From assembly GCA_016200155.1 (NCBI GenBank), contig JACQFG010000310.1, positions 1-32,140 on the forward strand: a stretch of 32,140 nucleotides of DNA, in the 5' to 3' direction. Source of the DNA: Planctomycetota bacterium (GTDB taxonomy: Bacteria > Planctomycetota > Planctomycetia > Gemmatales > Gemmataceae). Both the position numbers and the translations under genes were made by a program. This document shows, piece by piece, positions 23,668 to 30,119 of the stretch (position 1 is the stretch's first letter; every line of letters begins with the position of its first letter). The notes under the pieces are model-generated. The model had not been told where the DNA came from. It worked only from the letters and a program-made list of their open reading frames with translations, and made no database searches.

Positions 23668-24846
23668 CTAAACACTCGGCTTTCCGGTGAGTCGCACGTA
23701 ATATCCCTCACCCAACGTCGACTTCCCTTTGGGCCGTCTCCTGCTCATCATGGGCTTCGGTGTGCTCTTGTCTTTGTCGAGCACTTCAATCTCGCCACTC
23801 GCCTCCAGGTGAAGCAGAGCCTGTTTGTACGCAGATTGGCTTAGCAAATCAGTCGGGCGCACGACCCAGTCATTGAAAAATAGGTCTACGCATCGAGGAC
23901 CCGTCACAAGCGCGTTGAGAATTTCTCTTTTCACATCAAAGTGAGGATCGAAGAGTGCGACATAATCCGTCCGCCCGGCTTGGACGAACTGCAAAGCGCC
24001 CTCACCTTCTTCCGAGTGACCGCGTTTCCACATGATGTCCTTCATGATCTTGAAGCCAAGCTTGTGATTGGTCGCGTGAATCAGATAGTGACTGGTCTTC
24101 TGCTTTTCTTCGGATTCGACCCGGAATGGGATTGAAAATTCAACGCGCATATCTTTGCGCAACGCGAGCCGATAACACTCCAAGATCAGTAGTTCTCGTT
24201 TATCAGCCTCGTCCGTTGTCTGCAAGGCACTGAAAAGTTCTTCCGCCCGCTGCCTTGAGCCGAGCAGTTCCACTAACACGTCGCTGAGCTTGTCCAACCC
24301 GGCGATTCTGCGCACGCCGTCGATGTTGAAGAAAATAAACGCTTCAGACGATTTGCACGCCATCACGGCTTTGATGGTTTCGAAGGACGTGCCCGAGACT
24401 CCACACGGATCAACGAACAAGAACGTAGGCGGTAGATTGCCGTTGGATTGTTTCAACAGCTTTTTCACTCCGTCGGCGAAAGTGCAGCAGTCGGTGTTTG
24501 GCTGGCGGATATGTGGGTTGGCCTTCCCGAAATCCACGACGGCTTTCTGCAGGGGCAGATACAGAATTGGATCGACCTCGATGAAAACTGCCGAGACCTT
24601 CTTGGAGAAGGTGTCGTTGGAAGCGATAAGCTTGAGCGCCCGAAGAGGAGAGCCGTCGAAAACCTCTCCCGTGTCGGCTTTCGTATATGTTCCGCGCCCA
24701 GCAAAGCCATCAACGTACTGAAGGTCCTTATTCGCCGTCCCGACAATCCGAAAATATGGCGTAAGGTAGGTAGCGAGAATCTCGTGTTTGACCTGCGTCT
24801 GCGCGCGGTAGTCGTCAAAGTGTTCTCGGTCGTTGTCTCTCCCCAT
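23668..24846 (-). CDS. tcmP: Three-Cys-motif partner protein TcmP-like (TIGR04474-type), methyltransferase-fold-like motifs
   Basis: The N-terminus (...TQVKHEILATYLTPYFRIVG...YVDGFAGRGTY) is typical of TcmP. FAGRG (motif I-like) lies about 100 aa before FVDPCG (motif IV-like). The RBS GAGGAA overlaps the stop of the upstream DUF5131 gene. About 47% GC. Confidence 0.6.
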   Translation of the reverse strand: MGRDNDREHFDDYRAQTQVKHEILATYLTPYFRIVGTANKDLQYVDGFAGRGTYTKADTGEVFDGSPLRALKLIASNDTFSKKVSAVFIEVDPILYLPLQKAVVDFGKANPHIRQPNTDCCTFADGVKKLLKQSNGNLPPTFLFVDPCGVSGTSFETIKAVMACKSSEAFIFFNIDGVRRIAGLDKLSDVLVELLGSRQRAEELFSALQTTDEADKRELLILECYRLALRKDMRVEFSIPFRVESEEKQKTSHYLIHATNHKLGFKIMKDIMWKRGHSEEGEGALQFVQAGRTDYVALFDPHFDVKREILNALVTGPRCVDLFFNDWVVRPTDLLSQSAYKQALLHLEASGEIEVLDKDKSTPKPMMSRRRPKGKSTLGEGYYVRLTGKPSV

Positions 24847-24853
24847 GGTTTCC

Positions 24854-25651
24854 TCATTTCACCGCCAACTGCGCGAAGTCGTCAATCAAGTTCAAGCGAA
24901 TTCGCTGCGAAGGCGCGGATGCACTCACTCGCTCAGGAAGGCCGTTATACGTTTGTCCCGCGAGCGTTCGCCCCGCCTGTTTCTTCCGCACGCCACCCCA
25001 TTGTTTGAAGAAGAACGGAATGCTGGCGGCGTGGCACTGGTCGCGAACGCTGAGTACCCATTCAGGTTGCATCGTGCGGGCGCCGGGACCGCTCTCCCCG
25101 CCGACAATGACCCAGTTGATTCCTTTAAGGTTCAATGTGCCGAGATCTTCCAGCAAAGGTTCGACTGAAAGAAAGCGAACAGTCGCCGGTGCACGCCGTA
25201 GATTTTCAATCCGTGGTAGACCGTGGCGTTGATTCTCGACACTCACCCCCCACCATATGTGCGGTAAGTTGGCGGCAAATCGAAGACTCCCTCGAAGTAG
25301 ATCCCGCAGTCGCACCGACCGCTTCGTCAAAACCTGAAACGTGTGCCAGGTTGCCAACTCCATGACGCGGGCAACGTCGCGAATGTAGTCGTCTGGCACG
25401 TCCTCATGGAAAAGGTCGCTCATGCTATTGACGAAAATCATGCGCGAGCTGGCCCAACGTAGAGGCTCGCGAAGTTTTTCGGGCACCAGGCGCAGGTCGA
25501 AGCCTTGCTCATAGGGGTGGCCGGGCACGCCGCGAAATCGTTCTGCAAAAGTTTCGGCATAGCAATGAGCGCATCCGGGGCTAATTTTGGTGCAACCGCG
25601 GACCGGATTCCAAGTCGCATCGGTCCATTCGATGGAGGAATGCTCGCTCAT
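24854..25651 (-). CDS. DUF5131 / phage Gp37-Gp68 family protein (PF07505-type) with three-Cys motif
   Basis: MSEHSSIEWTDATWNPVRGCTKISPGCAHCYAETFAERF is the canonical family N-terminus (IEWTD.TWNP..GC...S.GC..CYA). GGGAG lies 5 nt upstream of the ATG at 25651. Confidence 0.8.
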   Translation of the reverse strand: MSEHSSIEWTDATWNPVRGCTKISPGCAHCYAETFAERFRGVPGHPYEQGFDLRLVPEKLREPLRWASSRMIFVNSMSDLFHEDVPDDYIRDVARVMELATWHTFQVLTKRSVRLRDLLRGSLRFAANLPHIWWGVSVENQRHGLPRIENLRRAPATVRFLSVEPLLEDLGTLNLKGINWVIVGGESGPGARTMQPEWVLSVRDQCHAASIPFFFKQWGGVRKKQAGRTLAGQTYNGLPERVSASAPSQRIRLNLIDDFAQLAVK

Positions 25652-25667
25652 CTACGCTCCCGAAAAT

Positions 25668-25687
25668 TAATGAACATGCGTTCATTA
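25668..25687. promoter_or_regulatory. Perfect 20-bp palindrome TAATGAAC-ATGC-GTTCATTA (GAAC-N4-GTTC core); candidate repressor operator, SOS-box-like
   Basis: Read directly from the sequence. It lies 17 nt upstream of the DUF5131 start codon and overlaps the TATAAT hexamer on the reverse strand. Confidence 0.5.
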
Positions 25688-25712
25688 TAGTAAGAAGCCC
25701 GGTATACTCCAA
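25684..25712 (-). promoter_or_regulatory. Sigma-70-like promoter candidate TTGGAG-17-TATAAT for the DUF5131-TcmP operon
   Basis: The reverse strand has TTGGAG (25712..25707), a 17-nt spacer and a perfect TATAAT (25689..25684). Confidence 0.4.
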
Positions 25713-25755
25713 CACAAATATCGTTGATTTCTATGAGCGCGTAAAGTGCAAAGGA

Positions 25756-26739
25756 TCACGCCGATGCCGCCTGCTCGCGCAACCTGCCATAATGCGCCGC
25801 GCAGCGGTCCCTCCAGGCTTGCTGTTCCGCTGGGCTGGCGTTGTTGCCGGGCCAGAGCAGCGGTTCGCGGTCGGGGAGCCAGTAGCGGAAGGGTGTGCTG
25901 CGGTAGCCGGTGCCGGAGCAGCAGATCAGTCCTTGCTGGGTGGCGCGTTTCAACCAGCGCAACAACGTCGAGCGGTCCGGCGCGCCTTCCTCGACGGGCC
26001 AGCGCTGCAACATGTCCTGCTGGGTCAGCTTCTCGGTGGCGTTGGCCAGGACCTCGTGCACCTCGGGCCAGGTCTGCACGACGGGGGTGCCGACGGCGTC
26101 GGTGCGCACCAGGTAGTCGGTCCCGTCGCCATTGAGTTCGATGATGAGGTGGCGCGGCGTTTCGACGTAGCGTGAGTAGGCGCAGATGCGGCGGCGCCGG
26201 TCGCGGCTGCGCAGGCGGCGACAGCAACTCATCTCCATGACGATGTCCGCGAAACCCGACAGGGCGCCGGAGCCGCGCGCGGTCTGGCCGTCGCCGCGTT
26301 TGTCCTTGGCGGGATGGTGCACGAGCCACACGGCGGGGCCAAGGTTCGCCAGAGCCTGGAGCGGCAGCAAGCAGTCGAGCAACTTCGGAGCGCAGGATTC
26401 GGCATAACCGGGGAGCAACGCGGCCAGAGCGTCGATCACCACCAGGTCCAGGGCTTCCTGGCGATGCAGTGCTTCCAGGCTGGCGATCAGGGAAAACCAT
26501 TGGGCGTCGGTTGGACGAGCGCCTTGGAAAGGGCGACACAGGAACTGGACGTTCTGCCCAAGGGCGAGTTGCCGGCAGCGTGCGGCCCAGTCGGATTCAG
26601 CTTCTTCGGAGACAACGATGGCCCGGCCTGGCGCAACTGCCAAGCCCGCCAGCTGTCCACCCTGGGCCAATCGGCCCAACAGGTGGGACGTGCAAGTGGC
26701 AGATGGAATCATTACGTCCATGCGCCTGGCGTAAATCAC
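25756..26739 (-). CDS. RepA/AAA_25-like RecA-fold ATPase remnant fused to a C-terminal winged-helix domain; Walker A apparently missing or degenerate
   Basis: Walker B-like DLVVIDALAALLPG and WLVHHPAKDKRG...ARGSGALSGFADIVMEM are typical of AAA_25. No GxxGxGK(S/T) motif is present; the expected position reads PSATCTSHLL. The start is GTG and the frame is closed by TGA 3 codons upstream. The C-terminus (STLLRWLKRATQQGLI) is wHTH-like. Confidence 0.55.
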   Translation of the reverse strand: MIYARRMDVMIPSATCTSHLLGRLAQGGQLAGLAVAPGRAIVVSEEAESDWAARCRQLALGQNVQFLCRPFQGARPTDAQWFSLIASLEALHRQEALDLVVIDALAALLPGYAESCAPKLLDCLLPLQALANLGPAVWLVHHPAKDKRGDGQTARGSGALSGFADIVMEMSCCRRLRSRDRRRRICAYSRYVETPRHLIIELNGDGTDYLVRTDAVGTPVVQTWPEVHEVLANATEKLTQQDMLQRWPVEEGAPDRSTLLRWLKRATQQGLICCSGTGYRSTPFRYWLPDREPLLWPGNNASPAEQQAWRDRCAAHYGRLREQAASA

Positions 26740-26856
26740 GTAACATCAGTGTTCGGGTCGCCATGCTACCCCAATGCGAAGCCAGCCATTGCAGAAGAAT
26801 TGCAGAAGTCCAAACACCTGTTTTCGTAACGTCTATTTGGATATGAAGTTACGAAG

Positions 26857-26927
26857 CTGGGGTACTAGGATTCGAACCTAGACAAACTGATCCAGAGTCA
26901 GTTGTGCTACCGTTACACTATACCCCA
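26857..26927 (-). tRNA. tRNA-Gln (anticodon CUG)
   Basis: Manual cloverleaf. Acceptor UGGGGUA/UACCCCA. D stem GUGU/GCAC with a GG loop. Anticodon stem ACUGA/UCAGU with loop CU-CUG-GA. T stem CUAGG/CCUAG with loop UUCGAAU. Discriminator G. CCA is not encoded. Confidence 0.9.
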
Positions 26928-26937
26928 ATTTTGCTTC

Positions 26938-26966
26938 ATCTTACCTGTGCTGGCGGCAAAATACAA
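26938..26966 (-). promoter_or_regulatory. Promoter candidate TTGTAT-17-TAAGAT upstream of tRNA-Gln
   Basis: The reverse-strand hexamers are 17 nt apart. The -10 ends 10 nt before tRNA position 1. The motif match was made by eye only. Confidence 0.3.
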
Positions 26967-26983
26967 GGCTTGCCCGGAAACGA

Positions 26984-27019
26984 GAAAAACCCAGGCAGGC
27001 TGCTTCAGCCTACCTGGGT
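26984..27019 (-). terminator. Rho-independent terminator downstream of the DUF1501 gene
   Basis: On the reverse strand, ACCCAGGUAGGCUG-AAG-CAGCCUGCCUGGGU forms a 14-bp stem with one G-U pair. It is followed by UUUUUCUCGUUU and begins 25 nt after the stop at 27044. Confidence 0.7.
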
Positions 27020-27043
27020 TTCGCCCCCGACTCCTGAAAATTC

Positions 27044-28414
27044 TCAGCCGGCGAACAAGGCGTTGATCGGGCGGCCGCCGAGGCCGGCGATGGCGAACGG
27101 GCGGCCGATGGCGTCGCGGACCTGCGGAATCAAGTTGTCCGGGGCAACGATGCCCAGGCCGCGGTAGATCGTGGCGAAGACGTCGCCGATGTTGACTTTG
27201 TCGCGGGCCACGTCCATGCCGTCGGCCGTCGTGGCGCCGTAGGCCTGGCCGCCGCGGATGAGACCGCCGCCGACCACGACCGACCAGCTCCGGGCCCAGT
27301 GATCGCGGCCGTTGTTCTGGTTGATGCGCGGGGTGCGGCCGAACTCGCCCATCCACACGATGACCGTGCTCTCCAGCATGCGGCGTTCCGCGAGTTCCGA
27401 CACCAGCGTGCCCATGGCGTTGTCGAGCGTCGGCTGCAAGCGGGTGCTGTGGGCGTCGAAGGTCTGGTTGTGGGTGTCCCAGCCGCCGAGGTTGATTTCG
27501 ACCGCGGAGACGCCGGCTTCGACGAGTCGGCGTGCCATGATGGCGGAGCGGCCGAAGTTGTTGTTGCCGTAGGCGTCGAGCGTGGTTTTCTTTTCGTCCT
27601 TCAGATCGAAGACCTTGCCTTCCTTGGAGGCGACGAGACTGAAGCCCTTGTAGTAGATGTCGCGGTGCGCCTTGGAGGCATCGGCGAACTTGGCGCGCTC
27701 GCGCAGCTTGGCGTCGCGCTCGCTCTGGCTGGTGTAGGCCATGTTGGCGCCGACGTGCGGCACGCGGCCGTACATGAACTGATCTTCGAGTTCATAGAAG
27801 AGGCGCTGACGACGGCGGACGCGGTCTTCGAGGTCGGTGCCCTGGCCGAGCGATTGCGGGGCGCGGATGTTTTCCGGCGGCGTGCCGGGGTTCTGGACGG
27901 TGAAGGGGGCGTAATTCATGCCGAGGAAGCCCGGGCCGTCCGCAGCGCCGCCGACGGAGATGTAGTTGGGCAGCGAGATATCTCGGTAGTTGGCGAGCTT
28001 GGGGACCTCGTGAGCGGCAACCGCACCGATCGACGGGAACGCGATCGCGGGGTTCGGAGTGTACGAGGTGTGCATCAACTGCCGGCCGCGATTGTGATCG
28101 CCTTCGGAGGTCTGCAGGGAACGAACGATGGAGAGGTGGCGCATCTGCTGAGCGACCTTGGGCATGTGCTGCGAGATGCGGACGCCGGGAGCGGTGGTCT
28201 GGATTTCGGTGAACGGACCGCCGGTGGCGGCGCCGGGCTTGAGGTCCCAGATGTCGATGGAAGCGGGGCCGCCGCCCATCCACAGGATGATGACGCTCTT
28301 GTTGGCCTGGCGCAGTTGCTGGGCGTTCGCATGAATGGTGCGGGCGAACTCAATGCCCGGCAATGCCAGGGCCGAATAGGCCGCCACGTGCTTGAGAAAA
28401 TGCCGACGATCCAT
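27044..28414 (-). CDS. DUF1501 domain protein (sulfatase/alkaline-phosphatase-like superfamily) with Tat signal
   Basis: MDRRHFLKHVAAYSALALPG is a twin-arginine leader. VIILWMGGGPASIDIWDLKP, GDHNRG, WDTH and GRDHW are canonical DUF1501 blocks. Confidence 0.9.
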   Translation of the reverse strand: MDRRHFLKHVAAYSALALPGIEFARTIHANAQQLRQANKSVIILWMGGGPASIDIWDLKPGAATGGPFTEIQTTAPGVRISQHMPKVAQQMRHLSIVRSLQTSEGDHNRGRQLMHTSYTPNPAIAFPSIGAVAAHEVPKLANYRDISLPNYISVGGAADGPGFLGMNYAPFTVQNPGTPPENIRAPQSLGQGTDLEDRVRRRQRLFYELEDQFMYGRVPHVGANMAYTSQSERDAKLRERAKFADASKAHRDIYYKGFSLVASKEGKVFDLKDEKKTTLDAYGNNNFGRSAIMARRLVEAGVSAVEINLGGWDTHNQTFDAHSTRLQPTLDNAMGTLVSELAERRMLESTVIVWMGEFGRTPRINQNNGRDHWARSWSVVVGGGLIRGGQAYGATTADGMDVARDKVNIGDVFATIYRGLGIVAPDNLIPQVRDAIGRPFAIAGLGGRPINALFAG

Positions 28415-28573
28415 GAAACACCCGCTTTCTTGTGATGTGCCCCCATCCAGACTGACGGATCTGGATGACCAGTAATAGTTTTGACGATTTCAACGGCCGT
28501 GTCAAGCCGGCGCCGCAATCTTTTTTACCTTTAATATCTCCCCTTTGACGGCAGCGGAATGAAAAAAGTTCCG

Positions 28574-28593
28574 AAAAACCGCACCGGTGCAGT
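28574..28593 (-). terminator. Weak intrinsic terminator candidate downstream of the M48 peptidase gene
   Basis: On the reverse strand, ACUGCA-CCGG-UGCGGU forms a 6-bp stem with one G-U pair. It is followed by UUUU and a second U6 run, about 85 nt after the stop. Confidence 0.3.
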
Positions 28594-28674
28594 TTCACCG
28601 ACCCGCGCAGCCTCGCCCATTCTTCTTCGCCGCCGGGCGGAGAATTCGACGATTACATAACTAATTGCATTGTA

Positions 28675-29925
28675 TCACGTTACGACCGGCACCTGGGGCC
28701 TTCTAGCGTCGACTACCCCTTCCACCACTGTGGGTCCGATAGGAATGATCGGATCAGGGATTATCATACGCTGACGGCAATACTGGCAGCTGATACGGTT
28801 GCAAAGCACTTCCATCTCGTCAAACAGAAGCCAGGCGGACCGTTCGTCCGTCTCACATTTAATGAAGCGGGCCTTGGCGTTTGCCTCGCGCTCGGCGTTG
28901 CTGGGATGATCCTCCCATAGGGCCGACGCTTCGTCTTCGTCCGCAACGAACACCGTGGCCAAGCGCCGATCACCGGCCAGCGGTTCGTCTCGACCGGCCA
29001 ACTCCATGGCGGCTCGCTGGTGGTAGAACAGGTCGGACGAGTAAAGCTGCTGTTCGCTTGCCCGCTTCAGTTCGTGAATCGCTTGCTGCCAGCAACGTTG
29101 GCCGACGTCGCAGCGTGCGAAGGCGTGGATCGGCGCGTCGCTGCCGGTCAGACGGACCGCAACGAGGTCGGCGTGCAGCTCCTCCTGTCGGCGCAACGCC
29201 TGGCGTGCGAGAAAGACGCATCGCCACATCGCGCCAAGCAGTTTGCGCACGCACCATCGAACGCCGAGCAAGCCCCAACGGTCGCGGTGTGAGAGGTAGG
29301 CGACGATCAACGCCGCTGCCTGGACGCCGAAGGCGAGCCTGGTGGTTCGCTGGGTGAAGTGGCCGAACTCGTGGGCCAGGATCGCTTTGAACTGGGTGAG
29401 GTTGAGGCAATTAACCAAACCCAGCCCGAGCCGCAGGTTCTTGCGCGTCGGCATAAGGACATCACGCAGCGACGACGCCTCCGGAATCGCCGCGGCGTTG
29501 ACGTGATGATCGACGTAAACATGCCGCGGCGGCTCGACGCCGACGTCCTTGCACAACTGATCGATGAACGCGAACAGCCGCGGATGCTCGTGCTCGAAGA
29601 TCTCGATCCCCTCCGGCTTGTACGCCAGGCGACATTTTCCCAGCGCGCGCACCAGGTCGAACAACACGACGCCGATCGGCAGCGCCAGGACAAGGGAACC
29701 GATCTTGACGGCAAGCCAGAGCGGTTCATCCCAAGGCAGATAGAACACGGCCCATGCCGTCCAAGTAAGGAAGAGCAAGTTGTAACTGATCAAGCCGACG
29801 TAGAGCGTGAAGAACGCCGTGAGAGCGACGAGCAGCACCAGGGCACGAATCCGGAACGCCGAGGTCGGCACCGTCAGGTCGGCCGGCACGTCGGCGGGAT
29901 TCGGCGGATAAAGCGATGTCGCCAT
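28675..29925 (-). CDS. M48-family zinc metallopeptidase, membrane-anchored
   Basis: HEFGH (HExxH) lies in FKAILAHEFGHFTQR. Two or three N-terminal TM helices are present. I chose the start at 29925 (MATSLYPPNP) because the track ORF extension to 30114 is translation of the octamer hairpin repeat (KAQRRK/LCAFAPLRLCV). Confidence 0.8.
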   Translation of the reverse strand: MATSLYPPNPADVPADLTVPTSAFRIRALVLLVALTAFFTLYVGLISYNLLFLTWTAWAVFYLPWDEPLWLAVKIGSLVLALPIGVVLFDLVRALGKCRLAYKPEGIEIFEHEHPRLFAFIDQLCKDVGVEPPRHVYVDHHVNAAAIPEASSLRDVLMPTRKNLRLGLGLVNCLNLTQFKAILAHEFGHFTQRTTRLAFGVQAAALIVAYLSHRDRWGLLGVRWCVRKLLGAMWRCVFLARQALRRQEELHADLVAVRLTGSDAPIHAFARCDVGQRCWQQAIHELKRASEQQLYSSDLFYHQRAAMELAGRDEPLAGDRRLATVFVADEDEASALWEDHPSNAEREANAKARFIKCETDERSAWLLFDEMEVLCNRISCQYCRQRMIIPDPIIPIGPTVVEGVVDARRPQVPVVT

Positions 29926-29944
29926 GAGCACAATCTTACCGAAT

Positions 29945-30038
29945 CTCACGCAAAGGCGCAAAGGCGCAAAGGCGCAAAGCAGAGAGATGCCGAAAATGTG
30001 CGAATGGCCAGCTTTGCGCCTTTGCGCCTTTGCGTGAG
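29945..30038. repeat. Inverted repeat of (GCGCAAAG)n octamers: four units on the left arm and three on the right, 30-nt loop
   Basis: CTCACGCAAAGGCGCAAAGGCGCAAAGGCGCAAAGC (29945..29980) pairs with GCTTTGCGCCTTTGCGCCTTTGCGTGAG (30011..30038). It lies in the divergent M48/kinase intergenic region and belongs to the same family as 14287..14350. Confidence 0.9.
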
Positions 30039-30119
30039 ACATCATTGCGAATCGGCCCGCCTGCCGATAAATTGGTGGTATCTCTCCGAGGTGTCTTCGA
30101 AGTGCCATCTTCACCCGAC

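Noticed and set aside
26788-26809. Tandem 11-mer ATTGCAGAAGA/ATTGCAGAAGT between the ATPase gene and the tRNA
   Set aside because: There are only two units and no supporting context. It could be a minor binding site or a slippage product and is not enough for a claim.
26767-26929. 9-nt TACCCCAAT present both at 26767..26775 and at the tRNA-Gln 5' end (26921..26929) as a possible att duplication
   Set aside because: It is too short to exclude chance in 64 kb of two-strand sequence. It also involves the tRNA 5' end, not the 3' end usually duplicated by integration.
27044-28414. DUF1501 gene lacking its usual adjacent DUF1549/DUF1553 (PSCyt) partner
   Set aside because: This is only absence of evidence within the window. 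Solo DUF1501 genes exist, and the gene has its own terminator and looks intact.
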